This document shows positions 1 to 11,820 of a stretch of DNA of 64,000 bases, piece by piece (the stretch's first letter is position 1; each line of letters starts with the position of its first letter). The stretch covers positions 41,540,001 through 41,604,000 of the forward strand of contig OX597815.1 of the NCBI GenBank assembly GCA_951406725.2. Reading direction: 5' to 3'. The DNA comes from Octopus vulgaris. Its lineage: Eukaryota. The notes beneath the pieces are model-generated. The model was not told the DNA's origin, made no database searches, and saw only the letters and a program-made list of their open reading frames with translations. A program made the translations under genes and the position numbers.

Positions 1-336
1 TTATACTTTTGCATAAATTCTTTTCCTCTTTAAAGCCCAAAGCTAATATGTTTTAGCCATGTTATTTAGAATCACATGCATACATATACATTTAGATTTT
101 CAAGCTAAGGTGAAATGTACTCATAACTAGTAAATTTTTTGTATGTAAGTGATCAAATTATGGTGTTCACATAAGCTCGCTCACTCCATCAAATGGCATT
201 GCCTGTATAGGTGCACAAGTGTTACACATGTCAAATGTTGAAATGATTGCAGAGAAACATGAAATGATATGTTTTGCTCAAGAATATAACACACCACTCA
301 GTTTGAGAATCAAAATCACAATTTTATATATACATT

Positions 337-420
337 ATATATATATATATATATATATACGGTTCGCAAAGACCATATATATATATATAATGTATATAAT
401 ATATTATATATTACATGCTG

Positions 421-463
<43 letters not shown>

Positions 464-470
464 TTATTAA
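337..470. repeat. (AT)n microsatellite region
   Basis: Interrupted (AT)n runs read directly; they explain the YI-rich ORFs 219..470 and 415..642. Confidence 0.9.
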
Positions 471-473
471 TTA

Positions 474-645
474 TGTGGCTAAAGCACCCACTACACTTGC
501 AGAGTGGTTGGCATTAAGAAGGGCATCCAGCTGTAGAAACTCTGCCAGATCAGATTGGAGTCTGGTGCAGCCATCTGGTTCGCCAGACCTCAGTCAAATC
601 GTCCAACCCATGCCAGCATGGAAAGCTGACGTTAAACGATGATGA

Positions 646-648
<3 letters not shown>
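474..648 (+). mobile_element. 3' UTR/tail fragment of an RTE-type LINE (family C)
   Basis: AAAGCACCCACTACAC...AAGGGCATCCAGCTGTAGAAAC...GACGTTAAACGATGATGATG; near-identical reverse complement at 63554-63727. The same tail follows RTE-like ORF ends at 17278 and 52200-52795. Confidence 0.8.
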
Positions 649-689
<41 letters not shown>

Positions 690-801
690 CCGAATAAATA
701 ACATTGTTATTTATATAGGTTAAAAAAACCCAGTAAATTCTTTGGATATCTAATATCCCTTAGGTGGTTATTTAACACCTAACTAAATTTATATATATAT
801 G

Positions 802-845
<44 letters not shown>

Positions 846-848
<3 letters not shown>

Positions 849-2097
849 GGGTTGGACAAAATAATGGAAACACCTTAAAATTTTAAACAAATTTATTTTA
901 ATATGAGGTAGGACCACCTTTGGAAGCAATTACAGCTTGAATTCTATGAGGCATGAACTCGTACAAAGTTTGAATTGTTTCCAAAGGAATTTTTGTCCAT
1001 TCTTCAGCTAAAACAGTCTCCAGTTCTTTTAGTGATAATGGTGGAGGATATTGCCTCCTTACTTATTTTTCTAAAATGCACCATAAATGTTCAATAATAT
1101 TGAAATCTGGGGAATGTGGTGGCCAGATAAGATGTTCAACTTCACTAGAAAGTTCCTTGTGCCATTCAGTAACAACTTTAGCTGTGTGAATCGGTGCATT
1201 ATCATCTTGAAAGATTGCATTTCCCTCCAGAAATAGTTCTGCAACCATAAGATGAATTTGATCGGATAAAATGCTTAAATAGTCTTGACTATTAATTTTG
1301 CCATGAAAGGAAACCATTGGGCTGGCAGATTTCCAAGATATAGCCCCATCAGGTCGTCACAGATCCTCCTCCATGTTTAACAGTTGGAAGAAGGCAGTCT
1401 GGGTCAAATGCTTCTTTTGGCTGTCTTCACACGTATACTCAGCTGTGGTTGGAAATGAGGTAAAGGATGATTTGTCCAAGAAAATAACATTCTTCCACTG
1501 CTCTAGGGATCAATTCTGTAGATTTTTACTCTACTCTAAATGCTTTGCAATGTTTGTTTTTGAAAGCAGTGGTTTTCTGATTGCAGCCCTTCCATGAAAT
1601 CTGGCTTTGTGCAGCTCCTAGCAAACAGTTTTTGTGGAAACTGGGTTCTCAAGGTGGTCATTAAGCTCTGCAGTAATTTTGGGAGCTGTACTTTTGTGAT
1701 CCTTTCTAACAATTCACGTAAGAGTCTGATGGTCCCTATTTGAAAGTTTTGGTTTTGTTCCAGAGTTTTGTTTCAACATGGAGGTTTTCCCCTCTTTCTC
1801 AAAGGCTGTCATTACTTCTTGATACACCAAACATTTTGGCTGTTTTCAATATGCTAGTGCCTGCCATACGAGCACCAACAATTTGACCTCTTTGAAAGTC
1901 TGATACATCTGACATTTTAATGAATTTTAATTACTTTTTTCTGATGATAGCTGAAAAGAAACAGCAATTTTAGCAAAACATATTAAGCAACAGTAATAAT
2001 AAATCAAAAAAACATAAAAATAAACAAGCTTTTGATGGTTTTATAGATATTTCAAAATTATGATGCTAAGTGTTTCCATTATTTTGTCCAACCCCTG
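846..2097 (-). mobile_element. Full-length Tc1/mariner DNA transposon, 1252 bp, DD36E (Incomer-like)
   Basis: Perfect 28-bp TIRs CAGGGGTTGGACAAAATAATGGAAACAC (846-873 and reverse complement 2070-2097); TA at 2098-2099, CA on the left next to an (AT)n run; encloses a transposase relic. Confidence 0.95.
898..1915 (-). pseudogene. Tc1-family transposase pseudogene
   Basis: Reads MSDVSDFQRGQIVGARMAGTSILKTAKMFGVSR... WKNVIFLDKSSF... FQDDNAPIH...WPPHSPDFNIIEHLW...RIQAVIASKGGPTSY*. In-frame TAA at 1063-1065; span of 1018 nt is not a multiple of 3, so at least one frameshift. Confidence 0.93.
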
Positions 2098-3134
2098 TAT
2101 ATATTATGTATACATAAGGTGAAGGCACATGGTCTAGTGGTTAGTGTTGCACTCATGATTGCAAAATTGGGATTTTGATTCTCAGACTTATGAGAGAGAG
2201 AGAGATAGCATATGCATACATGTAAAAGTAAGGTACAAAAACAAAGATGAAGTAAAAAAACAAACAGTGTGTGTTATTAGGTTGGTACATAGGAATATTG
2301 GAAGAAGTCTTATTCTTGACTTTAAAACTAGTGGAAAACCAACTTGAATATCATGCAAATATATAATATATACTCTTTCAATATTTTTGTTTTCCATACA
2401 TTCTAATTTTGCTGAATAAAAGCCCTGTTAAATAAAATAAAAGCTAATAAGGTCCTGTGTACTAGATTTCCTTGCAATAATACAAATAAAATATTGTTTT
2501 CTTTGGGGAAATTTTCTTTTCTGCAAAACCTTGAAGTTTAACTTTCAACATGACAGCTGAAGCTTTGATTTCAAGGATCACTGTTTTAAGAAGCACTAGA
2601 GGCCTATGAAAACATCTAAACTATTAGATGTTGATGATGGTCATTGCTTATAGAGTGGAAACACATTACACATAGTACTGACATGAATAATAAATTACTA
2701 AAAATATATCCTGATAGGCACAATCACTACTTTATCTTCCACTTTTATTATTTGCAAGAAAATTTACTTTTCAAGTTTTCTTTTAACCTATTAATTTTTT
2801 TTTTTTTTTCACATGTAGTCTAGAAGTAAACCAGTGCCCATGACCTTTTTCAGTACCTCTAAGACAGATGGAAGGGATGATAGGAAGGAGGATGGGAGGG
2901 AAATGTCTTTAAACCTGAGACTTAACCTGAATGCTTGTACTTAAGTGGACTCCATTGAAAACACTCAAGAGTCAAGTGGTAGGGGTGTTAGACCAGGTGA
3001 CAATTATGTTTACTGCCCAAGTAAGCTATAGTGGGATTTGAACTCAGAATGAAAGAAGCCAGAATTGATGCTGTCCACTGCTTCAGCTATATTTAATTAG
3101 TGTTATTATTATTGTGTGGCCTGGTGCCAAAAGA

Positions 3135-3345
3135 CAGCAAGCTTGCAGAATCATTAGCATGCCAGGCAAAATGCATAGTGGCATTCCATTTGTCCTTATG
3201 CTCAAATTCTGCTGAGGTCGACTTTGCCTTTCATCCTTTCAGTGTCAGTGAAATAAGTACCAGTTACACACTGGAGTTCATGTAATCGACTTAACCCTTC
3301 TCCCCAAATTTTAGGCCCTGTTCTTATAGTAGAAAGGATTATTAT
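3135..3345 (+). mobile_element. tRNA-derived SINE family B (Meta-domain-like), (ATT)n-tail subtype
   Basis: GCAGAATCATTAGCATGCCAGG...CAAATTCTGCTGAGGTCGACTTTGCCTTTCATCCTTTC...AAATAAGTACCAG; homologous to 5465-5697 and 61570-61790. Confidence 0.8.
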
Positions 3346-4652
3346 TATTTAATGGATGTGAGGCAGAAATTTTACCTACTCATCAGGTAACTAAATTTAC
3401 TTAACTTTATCAGTTTCAGTTGTGAACAGTTAAGATCTTTTGAAAATAATGGTACATCCTAGACATTTGCAGAAAATATTGAACATTTTTTCCCTTTTTT
3501 TTCAATCTCTAATTAGTTCTGTTATTGAGTCAACCATTTTGATACACCAGTTACATGTTTGTAACCTACATCAAATAGCCTGCATTAGTGTTGTATTTCA
3601 ATTGAAATTTCAATGAATTTTTACTAATTATAATTGATAAAAGATTTCATTTTGTAAAAAATTTTTTAAAATGTTCTTTCATAATTCTATTTGGTAAGTC
3701 TTATCAACTTAATGCACCAATAAGTTAAGAAAATGGTTTATTCTACTGTATTCTTTCAAAAAATTCTTTATTACTTAACCATGTGTTTTGTTTAATTTTT
3801 ATTGTTTTCTTATTACAAATATGGTCACAAAATGGTTAAATAGGAATATCCTCAATCCCAATTAAAATAAATATTATTATATGTTTTTTTTTGTTTTTTT
3901 TGTTTTTTTATGCCATAATATGGCAATGATTTATGGCACTTCAAGAATTATTTTAGCAAATACTCTTTACCATTATACATATAGTCACCAAATTAATGAA
4001 ACAGTAATTAAAATGATTTATCAATAATTGCAAATTACTCTACAGTTTCATTTCAATTAATTTCAATTGATTATTGCAGTTAGAGTATGCAAAAGGAGAG
4101 TAAAATACTTTGATTTTGTTAACTATTTAATTTACAAAGAATTAACTTCACGACAGAATTTATATCTAAGAAAGCTTTAATGAACACATGAATATATAAG
4201 CCACTCAATTTGGTACTACACTATTGCCTGGCACCTTATCAACTATTATATGTTAACTTACTAATTTGCTGATCAGATGATGCCATTTTCTAGAGTTGGA
4301 ACTTTAAATATCCTACTTAAGTTCAGGATTTAAACCTTGACCTTTTATAGTTACATCTAGACCCAGTTAGCCAATAAATATGAAAGTAGCATAATTATTT
4401 TATGTATTTATTTACTTGATTAGCTTAATCTTCTATAAAATTACTTACAGTAGGGACACACAAAATGTTTTGTGTTCATCATTATCATTTTGCATCCATT
4501 TTTCAAGCTAGCATTCATTGGACAGAAGTTAATGTCTTCTTAGCTGGACAAAAGGACCACATTCTGCTTGTATATTCTATTCTAGCATGGTTTCTAATAA
4601 TGGATGCCTTTCCTAACATTAAACTACTTTACATAGAACACTGTAGATATTA

Positions 4653-5074
4653 TACTCTTTTACTTGTTTCAGTCATTTGACAGTGGCCATGCTGGAGCAC
4701 CGCCTTTAGTCGAACAAATCAACCCCAGGACTTATTCTTTGTAAGCCTAGTACTTATTCTTTGTAAGCCTAGTACTTATTCTATCAGTCTCTTTTGCCGA
4801 GCCACTAAGTTACAGTGACATAAACACACCAGCATCAGTTGTCAAGCGATGTTGGGGGGGCAAACACAGACACACAAACATATACACACACACATATATA
4901 TACATATATACAACGGGTTTCTTTCAGTTTCCATCTATCAAATCTACTCACAAGGCTTTGGTCGACCCAAGGTTATAGTTGAAGACACTTGCCCAAAGTG
5001 CCACACAGTGGGACTGAACCTGGAACCATGTGGTTGGTAAACAAGCTACTTACCACACAGCCACTCCTACGCCT
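4653..5074 (-). mobile_element. tRNA-derived CORE-like SINE family A, full length
   Basis: Minus strand: box A TGGCTGTGTGG, box B GGTTCAGTCCC, CORE-like TTGGGCAAGTGTCTT, internal microsatellite. Near-identical to 55069-55475. Carries a private 22-bp tandem duplication at 4731-4774. Confidence 0.9.
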
Positions 5075-5464
5075 ATTATCATTAACACCAATACTAAAAA
5101 AGTCACTTTGTCCTTTGCAAGGCTAATGAATCCTCTCAATGCAACATTGTCTCTGTTCTTTCAATGATTATAACAATGGTGCTTGTAATTGTTTTGCTTC
5201 TAAGTTAAACATTTATTTTTTTTAAATATAAACCATTAAAGATATACTTAAGTTACTTTCATTACTTAGCCCATCAGTTTGATAACTGATTTCAGTCAGT
5301 TGCAAAATTCAAGATAAATTCCAGTGTAGTTAAGAAATTTACTTCCCAATCATTTGGTTTTATGTTCAGTCCAACTGTGCAACACCTTGGGCAAATTGAA
5401 AAGAGCTTGACATATAGTGTGTATGTGTGATGATTGCCTCATCTCGTCAGATGATAGTTGTCTT

Positions 5465-5697
5465 AAGGTGGTGAGCTGGCAGAAATGTTAGCATGCCGGG
5501 TGAAATGCATAGCGGTATTTTGTCCGTCTATATGTTCTGAGTTCAAATTCCGCCGAGATTGACTTTGCCTTTCATTCTTTCAGGGTCAATAAATTAAGTA
5601 CCAATTACGCACTGGGGTCGATGTAATCGACTTAATCCCTTTGTCTGTCCTTGTTTGTCCCCTCTATGTTTAGCCCCTTGTGGGCAATAAAGAAATA
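5465..5697 (+). mobile_element. SINE family B (Meta-domain-like) with 16-bp TSD
   Basis: Head GGTGGTGAGCTGGCAGAAATGTTAG, box B GAGTTCAAATTCC, central GCCTTTCATTCTTTCAGGGTCAATAAATTAAGTACC. TSD AGATGATAG(T/C)TGTCTT at 5449-5464 and 5698-5713. Confidence 0.92.
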
Positions 5698-6644
5698 AGA
5701 TGATAGCTGTCTTAAGTGAGACATCTGTACACCATAGGATTTTTAGTGACGAAAGCTTGTACAATACTTCTGCCATTCACTTGGTCAGCATAGTAAGCTT
5801 CAGTGACAAACATTGCAAGATGACTGGTACTATTTTGGCTGCAGGTTTTGTGCCAAAGTATTTATCTCCTACAAGAGATGCCTTCTCCATAACTTTGTGA
5901 AAAATGACAGGAGCTTCCTCTACTCATGGGAAATGTGTTTAACCCATAGATGGGACCCTGACAGCTATTACTGTTCCTGGGAGTATTGGTAATTAAGGGA
6001 TGACTTTGCACTCCCACAACTTCAGAATTCTCAAACTGGAGTCTCAGCAATGGGTGCAGTTTAATATCATACATGTGTGTGTGAACATGAATGTTTCTTT
6101 ACATTTGCACTCAGCAATTGGCGTTGTTATTGTCATTTCTTCTATCAGCAAATCATTCACATCAGAGTCTCATAGATATATAAAATAAAAGATCCTTTAC
6201 TTGAAAAGATGTAAGCATTAGTGATAGAAAAAACCCATCCAGCTATAAAACTCTGCTTCAACAATATATTTGTCTAACCCATGCTAGGCAGGGAAAACAG
6301 GTAAAAGAATAAACAACTGATAATTTTTTGTGACAAGCAGCTGTTTCACTAATATTATTGATAACAGAACTTAACAACTTTAAACAATATTTCAAGCTGT
6401 TTTATAATGTCATTCAAAATATAAAGTTAAAGAATATTCCTTCTGCTAAATTGTCTCAAATTAAATTTGTTCTTTAACTATTTCTAAGGTCAGCCCAACC
6501 TTTTCCTCTTTACAACACTCACTAAAATAACATTTCTGTTTTTTAGTTTTGAGTCACATACATTTGTACAAGTATATACACCTATCACATTGCAGACAAA
6601 TATACACACGCACACGCACACACACACACACATCCATTTAGGTG

Positions 6645-6780
6645 CAAGCTTGGTTGTGTTCTTAAAAAGTTTGCTTCCCAATCACATGGTTTTAGGTTCA
6701 GTCTCACTGCCCTGCATTTTGACAAGTATCTTGTATTATATGGTTGGCAAACTAAATACTTCCAAGTGGATTTCGTAGAC
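6645..6780 (+). mobile_element. Degenerate SINE family A 5' part
   Basis: TTGCTTCCCAATCACATGGTTTTAGGTTCAGTCTCACTG...GTGGATTTCGTAGAC matches the family A head. Confidence 0.7.
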
Positions 6781-7553
6781 AAATCTTCCCATTTGGGGTT
6801 ACTTGCTTATAAGCTATATACTAGTGTTTAAGTTAGTATATATATATATATATATATATATACATAAAATCATTATTTCTAATTCTCTCTAAAGGAGACT
6901 ACGGCAGTGGTACTGGATACTAATAGTTATCACCAAACTAACATAGCAGTCCAGAAAAACAGGACGAATGCTGCCGTTGATTAGCTCCAAGAGGCCATCG
7001 CCTCTAGCTAGCTATGTGACACACAAATCTGTGTCCATAATAATGTTCGAACAGGGGAAGTCAGCAGCTTCCACTTGCTGGTCTGGCATCCACAGACTAG
7101 TTTCGAAACAGAAGCTTGCGTGGTGGATTTGAAAGAATAAAAATGTATAAGCAACAGGCACGTGCTGGATTGACCTCATATTTATACGTTTAATCTTGGC
7201 GTACCTGTTGATGAAGACTTCACCTAGCAAATTATTTTATTTGCAAAAATAAGTCAGAAACCATTGTCCAGCAAAAAGATGGTAAATGTTTTTATTTTTC
7301 ATTCCCTTCAAGAATTTATCCCTAATTAGTGGTTTGGACTTTAGCTGTTCTTTCTAGCGTAAGGAATTCCTATAATGGAAACCTCTTAATATATATATAT
7401 ATTTATATATATATATTTATATACATATATATATATGTATATACATATACATATATATATATACACATATTTATGTATCTATATATATATATACACATAT
7501 TTATGTATCTATATATATATATATATATACATATTTATGTATGTGTATATATA

Positions 7554-7786
7554 TATTTCTTTACTACCTACAAGGGGCAAAACACAGAGAGGACAAACAA
7601 GGACAGACAAAGGGATTAAGTCTATTATATCGACCCCAGTGCATAACTGGTACTTAATTTATTGACCCCGAAAGGATGAAAGGCAAAGTCGACCTTGGCG
7701 GATTTTGAACTCGGAACGTAACAACAGACGAAATACAGCTACGCATTTCGCCCGGCGTGCTAACGTTTCTGCTAGCTCGCCGCCTT
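7554..7786 (-). mobile_element. SINE family B, young copy
   Basis: Reverse complement of 5465-5697 with CpGs retained; sits in an AT microsatellite. Confidence 0.92.
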
Positions 7787-7789
7787 AAG

Positions 7790-8605
7790 TGTATATATAT
7801 ACATATATATTTATGTATGTATATACATATATTTATTTATGTATGTATGTATGTATATATATATATATGTATGTATATATATACATATATATTTATGTAT
7901 GTATATATATACATATATATTTATGTATGTATATATATACATATATATTTATGTATGTATATACATATATTTATGTATGTATGTATTTATGTATGTATAT
8001 ATATATATATATATTTATGTATGTATGTGTATATATATATATATACGTATATATTTATGTATGTATAAATATACATATATATTTATGTATGTATAAATAT
8101 ACATATATATTTATGTATGTATATATATACATATATATTTATGTATGTATATATATACATATATATTTATGTATGTATATATATACATATATATTTATGT
8201 ATGTATATACATATATTTATGTATGTATATACATATATTTATGTATGTATGTATACATATATATTTATGTTTGTATATACATACATATATATTTATGTAT
8301 GTATATATATACATATATATTTATGTATGTATATATATATATATACATATATATTTATGTATGTATGTATACATATATATTTATGTATGTATATATATAC
8401 ATATATATTTATGTATGTATATATATATATATATACATATATATTTATGTATGTATGTATACATATATATCTATGTATATATATATATACATATATATTT
8501 ATGTATATATATATATATACATATATATTTATGTATGTATATATATATATACATATATATTTATGTATGTATATATATATATACATATATATTTATGTAT
8601 GTATG

Positions 8606-8660
<55 letters not shown>
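7790..8660. repeat. Compound minisatellite, unit of about 26 bp (TATATATACATATATATTTATGTATG), ending in pure (AT)n
   Basis: Unit read directly many times; source of the 299-aa and other YI/MYV ORFs. Confidence 0.95.
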
Positions 8661-8662
<2 letters not shown>

Positions 8663-8842
8663 ATATAAACCTTTACATAAATAAATAACGTGAAAGACAC
8701 GAAGGGACGAACATAAGAGACAGACGGGTCATTCAAAGCCTTCGTTCTTCAGTCAGAAACCGATTCCTCATATATATACATATATTTATTTATGTATGTA
8801 TATATATATATACATATATATTTATGTATGTATATATATATA

Positions 8843-9478
8843 CTAGCAGTATCGCCCGGCGTTGCTCGGGTTTGTAAGGGAAATAACTATATAAGCATTT
8901 TTAGAGAGTTATAGCCAAAAAATAGCAAAAAATGCATTAAAAATGGAAAAAATATGATAGTAAATTTTTTTTTAATCGTTGACTCATCGTAGACATTTTT
9001 AGAGAGTTACTTCCCTTATATAATAGCGAAAAAATGCATTAAAATGGAAAAAAAACGATGGTAAATTTTTTTTTCAATCGTAGACTCATGTAGACGCTTT
9101 CTTAGCCATTTCTGTTTTGGTGTCTTCAAGCCATGAAGTCGTTGTTCTAAAAGAACACTGGTCTCCTTGACAACGCATTACGATGTTGATTTCCTTACAC
9201 TCCCTTCCCCACAGGTGCAGGTGTGAGCGTGGACGCCAACTCCGCCGCCATCGACACACGAAAAATTATGCATTAAAATGGAATAAAAAATGATGTTAAA
9301 TTATTTTTAAAATCGTAGACTCATCGTAGACGCGCGCTAATATTCAGACGGGCTCGATATGAATCACGACTATAAGCTACCTGAATTTGGTTAAACTGTA
9401 CCGCAAAATGTGGGAGTAGTTAGGAATCTAAATCGAAGGGGACAGACACTCACACAACTACAGTTTTATATATATAGA
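8843..9478 (-). mobile_element. Non-autonomous Helitron, 636 bp
   Basis: Minus strand starts A|TCTATATATATAAAA at 9478 and ends with hairpin CCCGAGCAACGCCGGG followed by ...CTGCTAG|T at 8843. Inserted between A and T with no TSD; three internal 70-100 bp repeats. Confidence 0.85.
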
Positions 9479-9484
9479 TATACA

Positions 9485-9862
9485 TAGCGCAGTAGTGGTG
9501 AGATATGACAGCAAAGAAAAGCATACATTCACTCTCTGCATGCAATTAGACTCGGAAAGTTCGTGAGGAACCCATTGACCCAATTTGCTGACTTTTCCGA
9601 TAGCACACAGGTCTCAATGAATGGTTGAATGACCAAATCCAAGCTTCTCTGCTAGTTCCTCAACAGTTACGATGATATTTTGTTCCACCAGGGTTTTCAG
9701 GATGTCCTTGTCGAGTTCTACAGATCTTTCAGGATGAGGCTCATCTTCTAGGCTGTAGTTTATGGCTCGGGATTTCTGTAACTACCATTGACACTGCCTT
9801 ACGCTTATTGTCCAATCCCCATATACTGCATTAATATTTCTTGTACTTTGCACACATTTATA
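9485..9862 (-). pseudogene. mariner transposase N-terminal fragment
   Basis: Minus frame: TRNINAVYGDWTISVRQCQW*LQKSRAINYSLEDEPHPERSVELDKDILKTLVEQN...TVEELAEKLGFGHSTIH*DLCAIGKVSKLGQWVPHELSE. Contains the mariner WVPHEL linker; two stops. Confidence 0.88.
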
Positions 9863-10039
9863 TTCTGTTATTCTTTTATATGTTTCAGCCTTGAGGTTGT
9901 GGCCATGCTGGATCATGTGTGTGTGTGTGTGTCTATCTGTCTGTCTGTCTGTATGTATATATGTATATGTATGTGTGTGAACAATAATATTTTCAACAGA
10001 TGTGTTGCAAATGTATCTGATTGTTCTCAAGCTTCAATA

Positions 10040-10134
10040 CTGTGTGTGTGTGTATGTGTGTGTGTGTATGTATGTATGTATATGTATGTATGTATGTATG
10101 TATGTGTGTGTGTATGTATGTATGTGTGTGTGTA

Positions 10135-10165
<31 letters not shown>

Positions 10166-10188
10166 ATGTATGTATGTATGTATGTATG
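10040..10188. repeat. (TG)n/(TATG)n compound microsatellite
   Basis: Direct reading. Confidence 0.95.
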
Positions 10189-10631
10189 AGTGTATGTTTA
10201 CTTTATTACTAATTACTCTCTTCCAAGAACATTTTCACTCACTCTTAGCTCTTAGCTTCCCATACATTTTACTCATGTATCTATCAGTGTCATAGACAGA
10301 ATACTTTCACTTTAGTCTTCCTCAAATCACTCTGTGGCTATTTACTTTCATTTTATTCGTTGCCCACTGTGTGTGTGCGTTTGCGTGTGGTGTAAACCAG
10401 ACTAAGAAAAGCATTTGACACACACACCAGAATGTGAGTTTTCTGTAAATTTTGCTTAATTGGAGTTTAAATTTTAAAAACTGGACCTGGCATGATGCGA
10501 TGCATTGTACTCTTAAAAATGCTAGGTAAATTGTAATTGAAGAAATCCTATATTGTAGATTTGTATAACTCCCAAAGGGAGGCAGATAAAATCTGCCTTT
10601 TATAATAAGAGATGCCTTTTATAATAAGAGA

Positions 10632-11122
10632 TATACATATATATTTATGTATGTATATATATAATATACATATATATTTACGTATGTATATATATATATA
10701 TATGTTTACGTATGTATATATATATACATATATATTTACATATGTATATATATACATATATATTTATGTATGTATATATATACATATGTATTTATGTATG
10801 TATATATATACATATGTATTTATGTATGTATATATATACATATGTATTTATGTATGTATATATATACATATGTATTTATGTATGTATATATATACATATG
10901 TATTTATGTATGTATATATATACATATGTATTTATGTATGTATATATATACATATATATTTATGTATGTATATATATATATATACATATATATTTATGTA
11001 ACCCGTGCTAGCGCGGAAAACAGACGTTAAACGATGATGATGATGATGATGGTGATGTATGTATATATATATACATATATATTTATGTATGTATGTATAT
11101 ATACATATATATTTTATGTATG
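10632..11122. repeat. Second array of the 26-28 bp AT-rich minisatellite, interrupted by an RTE tail fragment at 11000-11057
   Basis: Homogeneous 28-bp variant TATATATATACATATGTATTTATGTATG over about 10770-10945; insert AACCCGTGCTAGC...GACGTTAAACGATGATG. Confidence 0.9.
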
Positions 11123-11206
11123 TATAATAATAAAGTGTAAAAATAATTAATTAATTAATAATTAATAATTTTACCAAGTAGTTTGGCATGTTAAAAGAAC
11201 TTAAAC

Positions 11207-11427
11207 AAAAATTTTTATAATTATGAGTATAATTATAATTAGGTTTCAGCAAAAATCTGCTTCACCACATACCGAAATTTAGAAATAGCAGCCAAAACTA
11301 GTTGAGAGATTTTCTTATGGTAGAGAAATAACTAGTTTTGGCTGCTATTTCTAAATTTCGGTATGTGGTGAAGCAGATTTTTTGCTGAACCCTAATTATA
11401 ATTATACTCATAATTATAAAAATTTTT
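11207..11427. repeat. Near-perfect inverted repeat (97/98-bp arms, 26-bp spacer)
   Basis: 11207-11303 is the reverse complement of 11330-11427 with one indel and one substitution. Confidence 0.95.
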
Positions 11428-11517
11428 ATTTATGTATGCATGTATATATATTTATGTATTTATATATATATATATCTGTGTATATTTATGTATATATATA
11501 TGTGTGTGTGTGTGTGT

Positions 11518-11820
11518 GGAGGCACAATGGCCCAGTGGTTAGGGCAGTGGACTCATTGTCGTAGGATCGCGGTTTCAATTCCCAGACCGGGTGTTGTGAG
11601 TGTTTATTGAGTGAAAACACCTAAAGCTCCACAAGGCTCCAGCAGGTGGGGGTGGCAATCCCTGCTGTACTCTTTCGCCACAACTTTCTCTCACTCTTTC
11701 TTTTGTTGGCCCATTTACTTAGCTAGTGGGGTGGCGTCATTTGAAGGCTAAAACAATGCACAGCTCATTGTGACCAGCGATGTGTAGCAACATCTGATAG
11801 CCTGGTCGGTCATGGTGATC
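11518..11820 (+). mobile_element. tRNA-derived SINE family D
   Basis: GGAGGCACAATGGCCCAGTGGTTAGG (box A), GGTTTCAATTCCC (box B); head and body shared with 46455-46743 (-). Confidence 0.8.

Noticed and set aside
4849-5074. tRNA-like box A/B sequences and recurrent ORFs (CPKCH..GLN, EPRTMWL)
   Set aside because: These are SINE heads and SINE read-through; no complete cloverleaf, and many decayed copies.
7757-8688. Long ORFs up to 299 aa (also 10612-11030, 9788-10295 and 23573-24189)
   Set aside because: They are translations of AT/TG/CT microsatellites that lack stop codons by composition.
8690-8770. Possible hammerhead ribozyme on the minus strand (CTGAAGA...GAATGAC..GTC)
   Set aside because: The GAAA core is absent and stems I and II cannot be paired convincingly; at most a decayed Penelope-type terminus.
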